Source: a virus (Duplodnaviria > Heunggongvirae > Uroviricota > Caudoviricetes). Taken from it: a stretch of 42,427 nt of DNA. Below are positions 24,601-35,037 of the stretch, piece after piece. The stretch is taken from positions 1 to 42,427 of the IMG/VR virus record IMGVR_UViG_2563366875_000004; one strand, 5' to 3'. Position 1 is the first letter of the stretch. Each line of letters begins with the position of its first letter. Position numbers and translations under genes: made by a program. The notes under the pieces are model-generated. The model had not been told where the DNA came from, did not search any database, and saw only the letters and a program-made list of their open reading frames with translations.

Positions 24601-25824
24601 ATGGCTGATGTTAAAGATGTGGAACAGGTCGCGCAGGAGTTGCAGCGGAAGTTTGACGATTTTAAGGAAAAAAACGACAAACGCATTGATGCGATCGAGC
24701 AGGAAAAGGGAAAACTTGCTGGTGAAGTGGAAACCCTCAACGGAAAACTGACTGAACTGGAAAACCTGAAAAGCGATCTTGAGGCTGAGCTGGCTGAAGT
24801 TAAGCGTCCGGCAGGCGGCACGCAAAATAAAGTTGCCGGTGAACACAAAGAAGCGTTTATCGGATTTATGCGCAAGGGGCGTGAAGACGGTCTGCGTGAA
24901 CTTGAACGTAAGGCGCTTCAGGTAGGTAATGATGAAGATGGTGGTTATGCCATTCCGGAAGAACTGGATCGTACCATCCTGACGCTGCTGAAAGATGAGG
25001 TGGTGATGCGCCAGGAAGCCACTGTGATCACCCTCGGTGGCTCGGATTATAAAAAACTGGTGAATCTGGGCGGCACAACGTCCGGATGGGTGGGGGAAAC
25101 GGATGCTCGTCCGGAAACCGCCACCTCAAAACTGGGTCTGATTGAACCCTTTATGGGGGAAATCTACGGCAACCCGCAGGCCACCCAGAAAATGCTCGAT
25201 GATGCTTTCTTCAATGTGGAAGACTGGATCAACAGTGAGCTGGCGCTGGAATTTGCCGAACAGGAAGAAATTGCCTTTACCAGTGGCGACGGCAGCAAAA
25301 AACCAAAAGGTTTTCTGGCTTACGAGTCCACCGATGAAGATGACAAGACCCGTGCGTTTGGCAAACTTCAGCACATTGCTTCCGGTGCGGCTTCCGGCGT
25401 GACTGCCGATGCGATCATTAAACTGATTTACACCCTGCGCAAGGCGCACCGCAGCGGCGCGAAGTTTATGATGAACAACAGCAGCCTGTTTGCCATTCGT
25501 CTGCTGAAGGATAACGACGGAAATTATCTGTGGCGTCCGGGTATTGAGCTGGGTCAGCCTTCTTCTCTGGCAGGGTATGGCATCGTTGAGAATGAACAGA
25601 TGCCGGATATTGCTGCCGATGCAAAAGCCATTGCGTTTGGTAACTTCAAACGTGGCTATACCATCGTTGATCGCATCGGTACCCGTATCCTGCGCGATCC
25701 GTACACCAATAAACCGTTTGTGGGTTTTTATACCACCAAGCGAACCGGCGGTATGCTGGTGGATTCTCAGGCGATTAAGCTGATGAAAATTGGGGCTGCA
25801 ACCCGCCAGAAAGCCGCTGCGTAA
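24601..25824 (+). CDS. Major capsid protein, HK97 fold, with N-terminal coiled-coil delta domain
   Basis: 407 aa; N-terminal heptad-rich scaffold-like region then capsid domain. Confidence 0.85.
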   Translation: MADVKDVEQVAQELQRKFDDFKEKNDKRIDAIEQEKGKLAGEVETLNGKLTELENLKSDLEAELAEVKRPAGGTQNKVAGEHKEAFIGFMRKGREDGLRELERKALQVGNDEDGGYAIPEELDRTILTLLKDEVVMRQEATVITLGGSDYKKLVNLGGTTSGWVGETDARPETATSKLGLIEPFMGEIYGNPQATQKMLDDAFFNVEDWINSELALEFAEQEEIAFTSGDGSKKPKGFLAYESTDEDDKTRAFGKLQHIASGAASGVTADAIIKLIYTLRKAHRSGAKFMMNNSSLFAIRLLKDNDGNYLWRPGIELGQPSSLAGYGIVENEQMPDIAADAKAIAFGNFKRGYTIVDRIGTRILRDPYTNKPFVGFYTTKRTGGMLVDSQAIKLMKIGAATRQKAAA

Positions 25825-25870
25825 TGCGGTTTTTTTTGTGCCCGCGTAATTGCGGGCACAGGAGGAAAAT

Positions 25871-26194
25871 ATGCTCCTGAAAGAAGAGGAAATTAAATCT
25901 CACCTCCGGCTCGATGATGGTTTGTACAGTGACGGCGATTTTCTGAAACTGCTGGCACAGGCGGTACAGAAAAGAACAGAGACATACCTGAACAGGAAGT
26001 TGTATGCACCGGAAGAGACGATTCCGGAAGACGATCCTGACGGGATGCATCTGACTGATGATGTTCGTCTGGCAATGCTGATGCTGGTCAGTCATTTTTA
26101 TGAAAATCGCTCAACGATCACCGATGTGGAGAAGCTGGAAACGCCAATGAGTTTCAGATGGCTTGCTGGCCCTTACAGGATTGTCCCGCTATGA
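25871..26194 (+). CDS. Head-tail connector (gp6-like) protein
   Basis: ATG after GGAGG; size and position. Confidence 0.6.
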   Translation: MLLKEEEIKSHLRLDDGLYSDGDFLKLLAQAVQKRTETYLNRKLYAPEETIPEDDPDGMHLTDDVRLAMLMLVSHFYENRSTITDVEKLETPMSFRWLAGPYRIVPL

Positions 26195-26607
26195 AAATCA
26201 GGCAAAGTCAGACCAGTGCCACTTACCTTTTACCGGATCCCGGAGAGCTGAATCGCCGGATAAAGATCCGCCTTCGGGTGGATGAACCCACCGCTGATTT
26301 TGGTACGGAGCCGACATATACGGAGTCGTTTGATGTCTGGGCAAAGGTGGCTCAGCCAGGCGCTGCCGCTTATCAGGGCTCAGTGCAGACAGAAAATATC
26401 GTTACGCATTATTTTACGATCCGTTTCCGTCACGACATCACGGCAGATCATGAGGTGGTTTATTACGGTCAGGAGTACCGGATCCGGCGAATACGCGACC
26501 TGAACGGTCAGCGGCGTTTTTTATTGCTGGAATGTGAAGAACTGCGTACAGCGCGACGACGGGGTGAATGCCATGAATCAGACAGCATTTTTACACGTCG
26601 ACTTTAA
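26191..26607 (+). CDS. Head closure / head-tail adaptor protein
   Basis: ATGA overlap with previous gene; size and position. Confidence 0.55.
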   Translation: MKIRQSQTSATYLLPDPGELNRRIKIRLRVDEPTADFGTEPTYTESFDVWAKVAQPGAAAYQGSVQTENIVTHYFTIRFRHDITADHEVVYYGQEYRIRRIRDLNGQRRFLLLECEELRTARRRGECHESDSIFTRRL

Positions 26608-27097
26608 ACAACCAAAGGAGCTGGAGTTTAATCGCGCCCGTCTGCGTCGGGCATTTGTGCAGATCGGGCGCGTTTACATGCGTGACGCCAGACGTCTGGT
26701 GATTAAACGCGGGCGTTCTGGCCCGGGAGAGAACCCGGGGTATCAGACCGGGCGTCTGGCCCGCTCCATCGGTTATTACGTTCCCAAAAAAACGACGCGT
26801 CGCCCCGGACTGATGGTGAAAATTTCTCCTAACCAGAAAAACGGGCAGGGGAATCGCCGTTTCCCTGAAGGCGCACCCTATTATCCGGCATTTCTGTATT
26901 ACGGCGTTCGCCATTCAGCTTATGGAATGGATAAAAAGGATAAGCGGCAGAAGAAGCACCATTCTTCGGCTTTCCGGCTGGCCCCGCGTAATAACTTTAT
27001 GGCTGACGTTATTGAGCGGCGGCGTCACTGGACGCAGGAACTGTTGTCCCGTGAGTTGCAGCGTTCGTTACGTCCGGTAAAAAGGAAGCATAAATGA
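26573..27097 (+). CDS. HK97 gp10-like head-tail joining protein
   Basis: Basic protein at the usual position; GGGGTGA RBS. Confidence 0.55.
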   Translation: MNQTAFLHVDFKQPKELEFNRARLRRAFVQIGRVYMRDARRLVIKRGRSGPGENPGYQTGRLARSIGYYVPKKTTRRPGLMVKISPNQKNGQGNRRFPEGAPYYPAFLYYGVRHSAYGMDKKDKRQKKHHSSAFRLAPRNNFMADVIERRRHWTQELLSRELQRSLRPVKRKHK

Positions 27098-27657
27098 AAC
27101 TGACAACAATAATTGCGGCGTTGCGTGAGCGATGCCCGCGTTTTGAGAATCGTGTTGGTGGTGCGGCGCAGTTTAAGGCGATCCCTGATGCCGGAAAACT
27201 GCGTCTGCCTGCTGCCTATGTTGTCCCCTCTGACGATGCGCCGGGGGAACAAAAATCACAGACCGATTACTGGCAGGATTTGACAGAAGGCTTCTCCGTT
27301 ATTGTTGTGCTCAGCAATGAGCGTGATGAAAAAGGGCAGTGGGCAGCCTATGACGCCGTTCATGATGTCCGGAGAGAACTCTGGAAAGCCCTGCTTGGGT
27401 GGATGCCGGACCCGCAGGGGGGCGAGATTGTTTATGCCGGTGGCACCCTGCTGGATTTGAACCGTTACGAACTGTATTACCAGTTTGATTTTACGGCGAA
27501 GCATGAAATCACGGAAGAAGACACGCGACAGGCAGAGGACGTGAATGCTCTGCCGGATTTATCCCTGCTGAGTATTGATGTGGATTACATCGATCCTGGT
27601 ACTGGCCCGGATGGTGACTTTGAGCACCATCTGGAAATGCGTTTCCCTCAGAAATAA
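27094..27657 (+). CDS. Tail completion / virion protein (unknown family)
   Basis: AAGGAAG RBS; position before the sheath gene. Confidence 0.5.
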   Translation: MKLTTIIAALRERCPRFENRVGGAAQFKAIPDAGKLRLPAAYVVPSDDAPGEQKSQTDYWQDLTEGFSVIVVLSNERDEKGQWAAYDAVHDVRRELWKALLGWMPDPQGGEIVYAGGTLLDLNRYELYYQFDFTAKHEITEEDTRQAEDVNALPDLSLLSIDVDYIDPGTGPDGDFEHHLEMRFPQK

Positions 27658-27666
27658 GAGTCCCTC

Positions 27667-27831
27667 ATGTTTGTGAAACCCCTGAAAGGGCGGTCGGTTC
27701 CTGACCCTGCCCGTGGAGATCTTTTGCCTTCTGACGGGCGAAATGTGGAAGAAAACAGCTACTGGCTCCGCCGTATAGCGGCGGGTGATGTGGTACGTGT
27801 TAAACAGGATAAGGCTAAAGAATCATGACAA
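27667..27831 (+). CDS. Small protein (54 aa) preceding the sheath gene, DUF2635-like
   Basis: Hand-translated MFVKPLKGRSVPDPARGD...; stop overlaps the sheath start. Confidence 0.4.
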
Positions 27832-29321
27832 TAAGTTTTAGTGCTGTTCCGTCGAATACGCTGGTGCCGTTGTTCTACGCCGAGATGGACAATTCTGCGG
27901 CAAATACAGCGGTGACCAGCGCGCCTGCATTACTGATTGGGCATGCCAGCAACGATGCCGCCATTGAGGTTAACAGCCTGGTGCTGATGCCGTCGGCAGA
28001 TTATGCCCGTCAGATTTGTGGGGCCGGGAGCCAGCTGGCGCGTATGGTTGACGTCTACCGTCAGACAGATCCTTTCGGTGAACTGTATGTTATTGCAGTA
28101 CCGGAAGCCAAAGGGGCGGCGGCGACGGTCAGGGTGACAGTTACCGGAGAAGCAGAGGAAAGCGGCACCCTGAGTCTGTATGTCGGGCGCTCCCGTGTAC
28201 AGGTGCCTGTGGTGAATGGCGATGATGCTACTGCGGTTGCCACCGCGATTAAGGAAGCGGTAAACGGGGTTATCACCCTGCCGTTTGCGGCGTCATCTGA
28301 TGCAGGTGTGGTGACGCTGACTGCCCGCCATAAGGGGCTGTATGGTAACGAGTTGCCTGTCTGCCTGAATTATTATGGTTCTGGTGGTGGTGAGATTCTG
28401 CCTGCGGGGCTTCAGGTTGTGACGGAAGCCGGAACTGCGGGTAGTGGCGCGCCTGATCTTACTGCCGCTGTTGCTGCTATGGGCGATGAGGCATTCGACT
28501 TTATCGGTCTGCCGTTCAACGATGCCGCCTCCATCAATATGATGATGACCGAAATGAATGACAGCAGCGGTCGCTGGAGTTATGCGCGCCAGTTATACGG
28601 GCATGTCTATACCGCAAAACTGGGAACGCTGTCAGAGCTGGTTGATGCCGGAGATATGCATAATCAGCAACATATCACGCTTGCCGGTTACGAAAAAGAA
28701 ACCCAGTCGCCTGTCGATGAACTGGTTGCCAGTCGCCTTGCCCGTGAAGCGGTATTTATCCGCAATGATCCGGCCCGTCCGACACAGACGGGGGAACTGG
28801 TGGGGATGCTTCCGGCACCGAAAGGTAAGCGATTCATCATGACAGAGCAGCAGACCCTTTTATCTCACGGCGTGGCGACGGCTTATGTGGAAGGCGGCAC
28901 GTTGCGGATCCAGCGTTCCGTAACCACATACAAAAAGAATGCATATGGCGTGGTAGACAACAGCTATCTGGACAGTGAAACACTGCATACCAGCGCATAT
29001 GTTCTTCGCAAACTGAAATCGGTCATCACAGGCAAGTACGGACGCCACAAGCTGGCAAATGATGGTACCCGTTTTGGTCCTGGGCAGGCGATTGTTACTC
29101 CTGCCGTTATCAAAGGGGAGCTTCTGGCGACATATCGTCAGATGGAGCGTGCCGGTATTGTGGAAAATTACGATCTGTTTAAACAGTATCTGATAGTTGA
29201 GCGTGATGCGGATAACCCGAACCGACTGAACACGCTGTTCCCGCCGGATTATGTTAACCAGTTACGTGTCTTTGCGGTGGTTAACCAGTTCCGTCTCCAG
29301 TATTCAGAGGAGTCAGCATAA
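27825..29321 (+). CDS. Contractile tail sheath protein (Mu L-like)
   Basis: 498 aa; followed by tube, chaperone and tape measure in Mu-like order. Confidence 0.8.
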   Translation: MTISFSAVPSNTLVPLFYAEMDNSAANTAVTSAPALLIGHASNDAAIEVNSLVLMPSADYARQICGAGSQLARMVDVYRQTDPFGELYVIAVPEAKGAAATVRVTVTGEAEESGTLSLYVGRSRVQVPVVNGDDATAVATAIKEAVNGVITLPFAASSDAGVVTLTARHKGLYGNELPVCLNYYGSGGGEILPAGLQVVTEAGTAGSGAPDLTAAVAAMGDEAFDFIGLPFNDAASINMMMTEMNDSSGRWSYARQLYGHVYTAKLGTLSELVDAGDMHNQQHITLAGYEKETQSPVDELVASRLAREAVFIRNDPARPTQTGELVGMLPAPKGKRFIMTEQQTLLSHGVATAYVEGGTLRIQRSVTTYKKNAYGVVDNSYLDSETLHTSAYVLRKLKSVITGKYGRHKLANDGTRFGPGQAIVTPAVIKGELLATYRQMERAGIVENYDLFKQYLIVERDADNPNRLNTLFPPDYVNQLRVFAVVNQFRLQYSEESA

Positions 29322-29677
29322 TGGCAAAGATCGCCGGAACCTGTTTTTTTAAAGTGGATGGTCAGCAGTTATCGCTGACAGGTGGCATTGAAGTGCCGAT
29401 GAACACCAATGTCCGGGATGATGTCGTCGGCATGGCTGGTGATGTGGATTACAAGGAGACCTGGCGGTCACCTTACGTTAAGGGCACGTTTAAAGTGCCC
29501 AAAAATTTTCCGGTCGACAAAATTACCGCCTCAGACCAGATGACGATTACTGCCGAGCTGGCAAACGGCATGGTGTATGTGCTTTCGGCGGCCTGGCTGC
29601 ATGGCGAAGCAAACCATAATGCCGAAGAAGGTACGGCAGATCTTGAATTCCACGGCGAAGAGGGAGGATATCAGTAA
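29321..29677 (+). CDS. Tail tube protein (Mu M-like)
   Basis: 118 aa directly after sheath; GAGGAG RBS. Confidence 0.75.
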   Translation: MAKIAGTCFFKVDGQQLSLTGGIEVPMNTNVRDDVVGMAGDVDYKETWRSPYVKGTFKVPKNFPVDKITASDQMTITAELANGMVYVLSAAWLHGEANHNAEEGTADLEFHGEEGGYQ

Positions 29678-30006
29678 TGAGCGTGACAGAAATTGTTTTA
29701 AAAAAACCGGTGACAGCGCATAACGAAACGCTGCATGTGCTGGAGTTGCGTGAACCCACGTATGACGAAATCGAGGCCCTGGGTTTTCCTTTCATTATTT
29801 CCGGTGAGGGCAGTATTAAACTGGACAGCCAGGTGGCACTGAAATATATCCCGCTGCTGGCGGGGATCCCGCGTTCATCGGCGGCGCAGATGGCAAAACT
29901 GGATATTTTTAAGACCAGCATGCAGATCCTGCGTTTTTTTACCCAGTCGGAGACGGGAAGCACCTCCGGAAACGACTCTACAATGTTGCCTGGTTCTGGA
30001 AACTGA
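29677..30006 (+). CDS. Tail assembly chaperone (short form)
   Basis: Position between tube and tape measure. Confidence 0.65.
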   Translation: MSVTEIVLKKPVTAHNETLHVLELREPTYDEIEALGFPFIISGEGSIKLDSQVALKYIPLLAGIPRSSAAQMAKLDIFKTSMQILRFFTQSETGSTSGNDSTMLPGSGN

Positions 30007-30098
30007 ATCCACTGGAGCTGCGACGGGTGGCTATTTCGCAGTTTACAGAACTGGAAGCCGAGGCCGTCCGCATTAACGAGGAGATGAAGCATGGCTGA
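29677..30098 (+). CDS. Tail assembly chaperone, predicted -1 frameshift extended form
   Basis: Slippery run T TTT TTT at 29933-29939 in the zero frame; the -1 frame stays open to 30098, overlapping the tape measure start. Confidence 0.4.
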
Positions 30099-32040
30099 CA
30101 GTTTTCAGCTGAAGGCGATCATCACTGCCGTGGATAAGGTATCGGCACCGCTGAAGGGAATGCAGCGCCAGCTGAAAGGTTTTAAAAAGGAGTTTGCCAG
30201 CCTGTCACTGGGCGCAGCGGGTGCCGGAACCGCAGTACTGGGGGCGCTGGCGCTCCCGGTCAAATCTGCCATTGCCCTTGAATCAAAAATGGCGGATGTC
30301 CGGAAAGTGGTGGATGGTCTGGATACGCCGGAAGCGTTTAAGGCAATGACGGAACAGGTGCGCGACCTGTCAACAGAACTGCCCATGTCGGCGGAAGGTA
30401 TCGCCGAAATCGTGGCGGCGGGTGGTCAGGCTGGCATCGCCCGTGACGAGCTGATGCAGTTTACTGACGACGCCGTGAAGATGGGGGGGGCCTTTGACAC
30501 CACGGCGGAAGAATCCGGTCAGATGATGGCACAGTGGCGCACTGCCTTTAAACTGACACAGGGAGAGGTGGCAGGACTTGCGGACAAGATTAACTATCTT
30601 GGTAATACCGGTCCTGCGAGTGCGAAAAAGATTTCTGATGTTGTGACCCGTATTGGCCCTTTAGGCAGTGTTGCGGGTGTGGCCTCCGGAGAGATTGCCG
30701 CAATGGGGGCAACCATTGCCGGAATGGGGGTGGAATCAGAAATTGCTGCGACGGGGATAAAGAATTTTATGCTGTCGCTGACTGCGGGGAATTCTGCCAC
30801 CAAATCGCAGAAAAAAGCGCTTCGCCTGTTGCGCATTGACCCGAAAAAACTGGCGGCGGATATGCAGAAAGACGCCCGTGGGGCCATGCTGCACGTACTG
30901 GATTCTCTGGCGAAAGTGCCGAAAGAAAAACAGGCTGCTGTGCTTAATGCGCTGTTCGGGAAGGAGTCTCTGGGAGCCATTGCGCCGCTGCTCACGAATC
31001 TGGATTTGTTGCGAACCAATTTTAATCGTGTGGCGGATGCGCAGCAGTATGGCGGCTCAATGCAGAAAGAATATGCCGCCCGTGCCGCGACGACGGAAAA
31101 TCAGTTGTTGCTGCTGCAGAACCAGATCAATGCGATTTCTTCCACGTTGGGGGAAACCTTCCTGCCTTCAATCAATGAAGGCATAAAAGAGATGAAGCCT
31201 TTTCTGGAAGAAGTGCGCACGTTTGTCAGAGAAAATCCTGAGGTCGTAAAAACCATCGCGAAAACGGGGCTGGCACTGCTGACATTTGGTGTTGCCATTG
31301 GCTCGCTGTCGCGGATGGGAAAAATCCTTAGTGGCGTGATGAATATGACACCGGCAAAGGGACTCATTACGTTACTGGTAGCGGGGGCGTATCTCATTAT
31401 TGACAACTGGGAAACGGTCGGGCCGGTTGTGAAAAAAGTCTGGCAGGAGGTTGATCAGGTTGTCAGGGCTATGGGGGGATGGGAACAGGCAGTAAAAACA
31501 ATTGCAACGGTTTCTGCCCTGTATATTGGTGTGAAAGCGGTGGCAGCCATTCGTGCAGCAACAGTCGCCCAGAATCAATGGACAACGGCGGCAGGAAAAA
31601 CAGCGCTGAAATTAAAGGGGCTCGGAAAGATCAGCCTCATTGGGGGATTGCTTGAGCTGGGCATGATGGCGCAGGAGTTTGAAAAAGAACATCCCTGGCT
31701 TGTTAAAAATTTTGTGGCTGATGCACTGAACAGTGGATTTGGTCTGAATGATAAGTTCGACGAGTGGGGCAAACAGTTCCATGATTTTGTCTATGACATG
31801 ACCGGATGGCAGATGCCACGTGGTGATGGGTATTTATCTCCCGATAAACGCTACACCCCGAATGTATCACTGGAAAGGAATCAGCTGTTAAGCCTTTCAT
31901 CTTCACCGGCAACCCGCAGCGAACTTAAGGTGACGTTTGACAACGCGCCGCCGGGAATGCGTGTCATCGATTTGCCGAAAACAGGCGATCCCTTTATGAA
32001 AATCACCCATGACGTTGGGTATTCACCTTTCAGGCGTTAA
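30091..32040 (+). CDS. Tail tape measure protein
   Basis: 649 aa, Ala/Gly-rich helical protein with hydrophobic segment; GAGGAG RBS. Confidence 0.8.
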   Translation: MADSFQLKAIITAVDKVSAPLKGMQRQLKGFKKEFASLSLGAAGAGTAVLGALALPVKSAIALESKMADVRKVVDGLDTPEAFKAMTEQVRDLSTELPMSAEGIAEIVAAGGQAGIARDELMQFTDDAVKMGGAFDTTAEESGQMMAQWRTAFKLTQGEVAGLADKINYLGNTGPASAKKISDVVTRIGPLGSVAGVASGEIAAMGATIAGMGVESEIAATGIKNFMLSLTAGNSATKSQKKALRLLRIDPKKLAADMQKDARGAMLHVLDSLAKVPKEKQAAVLNALFGKESLGAIAPLLTNLDLLRTNFNRVADAQQYGGSMQKEYAARAATTENQLLLLQNQINAISSTLGETFLPSINEGIKEMKPFLEEVRTFVRENPEVVKTIAKTGLALLTFGVAIGSLSRMGKILSGVMNMTPAKGLITLLVAGAYLIIDNWETVGPVVKKVWQEVDQVVRAMGGWEQAVKTIATVSALYIGVKAVAAIRAATVAQNQWTTAAGKTALKLKGLGKISLIGGLLELGMMAQEFEKEHPWLVKNFVADALNSGFGLNDKFDEWGKQFHDFVYDMTGWQMPRGDGYLSPDKRYTPNVSLERNQLLSLSSSPATRSELKVTFDNAPPGMRVIDLPKTGDPFMKITHDVGYSPFRR

Positions 32041-32055
32041 CAATGGGGTATCAGA

Positions 32056-33447
32056 ATGGATTTTCCCTCCTTACCTTCTTTGTCCTCTTTGTTTTCTTCA
32101 TCTTCCGGAACGACCTGGCGCGATAATCTTTACGACGCTTCATTTCGTGGTGTTCCGTTTTCGGTGGAAAGCGATGAGGGTACGTTCGGACGCCGCGTTC
32201 AGGTCCATGAATATCCAAACCGTGACAAACCGTACACGGAAGATCTCGGGCGTGCCACGCGACGGCTGACGATTAATGCGTATCTCGTTGGTGATGATTA
32301 CGCAGAGCAGCGCGATCGGCTGATTACCGCGATTGAAACCGCCGGGCCGGGGACACTGATCCATCCGCAGTTCGGTGAAATGCAGGGCTGTATTGACGGA
32401 CAGGTGACCGTTTCTCACTCCAGCACTGAAGGCCGTATGTGCCGGGTTTCATTTCAGTTTGTTGAGAGCGGGGAACTGTCATTTCCGGTCGCCGGAGCCG
32501 CAACCGCCAGAAAACTGGAGGAGTCGTCCGGATTCCTGGATGAGCTGATTGAAGACATGTTCGGCGATTTTGATCTTGCGGGAATATCGGACTTTATTCA
32601 GAACGATGTTATTGCCCGGGCAACCGATATGCTGGGAACCGTTCAGACGGCTTTCAGAATGGTTAATTCTGCTGTTTCTGCCGGAATGAGGCTGATGCAG
32701 GGCGATTTATCCGTCATTCTGATGCCGCCATCGGTTGCCAGTGATTTTGTGCATACGTTGCAGGATACCTGGCGGGCAGGAACCAGACTGGTGGATAACA
32801 CACAGGATCTGGTGCAGTCCATAACAACAATGTCAGGCATTACGCTGGATCCAGGACTGGCACCGCGTGCGGTGTGGCCCACAGATTCCGCATCAGTTGT
32901 CAGGCAAAAACAGCAGACAAATCTGGTGGCTGCAGTCATCCGGACGACGGCAATCAGCGAGGCTGCAAGGGCGGTCACTTCACTGCCGCAACCCGGAAGT
33001 CTGGTGAAAAATCAGCAGGCGGTTGCGGCTGTTGGTGGTTCCACTGAACGTCAGTCCGATATTATTCATGTTTCTCATCCGGCACTTGACAGCGTGGCAG
33101 CCAGCACAGAACAGGATGAGACAGCGCAACCACCCACGCGGGAAAATCTCACCATCATACGCGAATCACTGAACGCGGCGATTGAACAGGAGCTCAGACG
33201 AACGACGGATGACAGGCTGTTTTTTCAGCTGACGTCATTACGTACAGAACTGAACCGGGATATTCAGGCCCGTCTGGTTCAGACGGAGGAAACCGCAGAG
33301 CGAACGCCAGCGGAAGTTCTGCCTGCGCTTGTTCTGGCTGCATCATGGTACGACGATGCGTCCCGTGAAACTGATATCCTGGATCGAAATGCCATCTCCC
33401 ATCCGGGCTTTGTTCCGGTCAGAGCATTAAGGGTACCCGTCAGATGA
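32056..33447 (+). CDS. DNA circulation protein (Mu N-like)
   Basis: N-terminal region ...FRGVPFSVESDEGTFGRRVQVHEYPNRDKPYTEDLG typical of Mu gpN-like proteins. Confidence 0.7.
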   Translation: MDFPSLPSLSSLFSSSSGTTWRDNLYDASFRGVPFSVESDEGTFGRRVQVHEYPNRDKPYTEDLGRATRRLTINAYLVGDDYAEQRDRLITAIETAGPGTLIHPQFGEMQGCIDGQVTVSHSSTEGRMCRVSFQFVESGELSFPVAGAATARKLEESSGFLDELIEDMFGDFDLAGISDFIQNDVIARATDMLGTVQTAFRMVNSAVSAGMRLMQGDLSVILMPPSVASDFVHTLQDTWRAGTRLVDNTQDLVQSITTMSGITLDPGLAPRAVWPTDSASVVRQKQQTNLVAAVIRTTAISEAARAVTSLPQPGSLVKNQQAVAAVGGSTERQSDIIHVSHPALDSVAASTEQDETAQPPTRENLTIIRESLNAAIEQELRRTTDDRLFFQLTSLRTELNRDIQARLVQTEETAERTPAEVLPALVLAASWYDDASRETDILDRNAISHPGFVPVRALRVPVR

Positions 33448-34499
33448 ATAATACCGTTTTACTTCGGGTTTCCGGTCGCGAATGGGGCGGCTGGACATCC
33501 GTCCGTATCAGTGCGGGCATTAACCGTATTGCCCGGGATTTTAATGTTGCCATTACCACCCGCTGGCCCGGCAGCCGGGATTATCAGCCCCGGATAAAAA
33601 ATGGTGAGCTGGTTGAAGTGCTTATCGGGGATGAGCCTGTGCTCACCGGATATGTGGAGGCACTACCGCTTCGTTATGACGCCAGCAGCGTCAGCATGGG
33701 AATTGTCGGGCGAAGCAAAACAGCCGATCTGGTTGACTGCTCTGCTTTGCCACTCCAGCAGAGCGGAAAAAACCTGCTCAGAATAGTCAGTGAACTGGCT
33801 GCGCCATTTGGCATCACCGTTGTTGATGCTGGCGTGCCGCAGACAGCGGTGATTGATGCCCAGCCGGAACATGGCGAAACCGTTGCCGATTGTCTTAACC
33901 GGTTACTGGGGCAGGTTCAGACGCTGGCTTATGACGATGAATGCGGGCGACTGGTTCTGGGAAAACCCGGAACAGGTAAAGCGGCGACGGCGCTGGTTCT
34001 GGGAGAGAATATTCTTTCCTGTGACACGGAAAGAAGCATCAGAGAGCGGTTTTCTGAATATCAGGTCAGTGGGCAGCGACCGGGCAACGACGATGATTTT
34101 GGTGAGGCTACCATTGCCGCAATACGACAGACTATTCAGGACAGTGGTGTGACCCGTTATCGCCCTTTGTTGATTCAGCAGTCAGGCACAGCAACGACAG
34201 CAACCTGTAAGGCCCGTTGTGAATTTGAAGCGCGCCAACGGGCTGCACTTACCCGTGAGACAACATATACAGTTCAGGGCTGGCGGCAGGGCAGTGGCGC
34301 GTTATGGCGTCCGGGGTTATCTGTCATCGTTTTCGACCCGCTGAATAATTTTGATAATGATGAACTGGTGATCGCAGAAGTCACCTATAACCAGGACGAC
34401 CGGGGCACGACGACTGAATTACGGGTTGGCCCGGCAGATGCTTATCTCCCCGAGCCTGTTACCGCCAGGAAGAAAAAAAATGTTGAGGAGGATTTCTGA
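33444..34499 (+). CDS. Baseplate hub protein (Mu P / gpD-like)
   Basis: Position and size in the Mu-like baseplate module. Confidence 0.65.
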   Translation: MNNTVLLRVSGREWGGWTSVRISAGINRIARDFNVAITTRWPGSRDYQPRIKNGELVEVLIGDEPVLTGYVEALPLRYDASSVSMGIVGRSKTADLVDCSALPLQQSGKNLLRIVSELAAPFGITVVDAGVPQTAVIDAQPEHGETVADCLNRLLGQVQTLAYDDECGRLVLGKPGTGKAATALVLGENILSCDTERSIRERFSEYQVSGQRPGNDDDFGEATIAAIRQTIQDSGVTRYRPLLIQQSGTATTATCKARCEFEARQRAALTRETTYTVQGWRQGSGALWRPGLSVIVFDPLNNFDNDELVIAEVTYNQDDRGTTTELRVGPADAYLPEPVTARKKKNVEEDF

Positions 34500-35032
34500 T
34501 GAACGGGTTTTCTCTTCGCAATCTGATTTCCCGGGCTGTCATCACGGCGGTGGATTCCGCCAGAAAGTGTCAGTCTGTAGGGTTGAAAATGATAGCCGGA
34601 GATCAGAAACAACACGTTGAACACCTTGAACCTTATGGTTTTACATCTGCCGCACAGAACGGTGCTGAGGGCGTTGCTTTATTCCCGGCGGGCGATCGTT
34701 CGCATGGTGTGGTTGTGGTCGTGGCTGACAGACGTTACCGGTTGAAAGGACTGAAACGTGGGGAAGTGGCGCTTTATGACGATCAGGGGCAATCCGTTGT
34801 CCTGACTCGTTCCGGTATTGTGGTGAACGGGGGCGGGAAGCCCATTATTTTTCAAAACGCGCCTAAAGCGCGCTTTGAAATGCCTGTCGAATCCACCGCT
34901 GATATTACTGACAATTGCGACAGTGGCGGACTCAGCATGCAGCAAATGCGGCAGACCTACAATGCCCACAAACACACCGAAAATGGTGATGGTGGTGGGA
35001 TCACTGACACGCCAGATCAACCGATGGGCTGA
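34499..35032 (+). CDS. Baseplate spike protein (gpV-like)
   Basis: 177 aa; conserved order hub-V-gp46-J. Confidence 0.65.
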   Translation: MNGFSLRNLISRAVITAVDSARKCQSVGLKMIAGDQKQHVEHLEPYGFTSAAQNGAEGVALFPAGDRSHGVVVVVADRRYRLKGLKRGEVALYDDQGQSVVLTRSGIVVNGGGKPIIFQNAPKARFEMPVESTADITDNCDSGGLSMQQMRQTYNAHKHTENGDGGGITDTPDQPMG

Positions 35033-35037
35033 AAATC

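Noticed and set aside
25813-25857. Intrinsic terminator after the major capsid gene
   Set aside because: Only a 4-bp stem precedes the T8 run, and the stronger GCCCGC/GCGGGC hairpin has no U-tract after it on either strand; at most a weak attenuator
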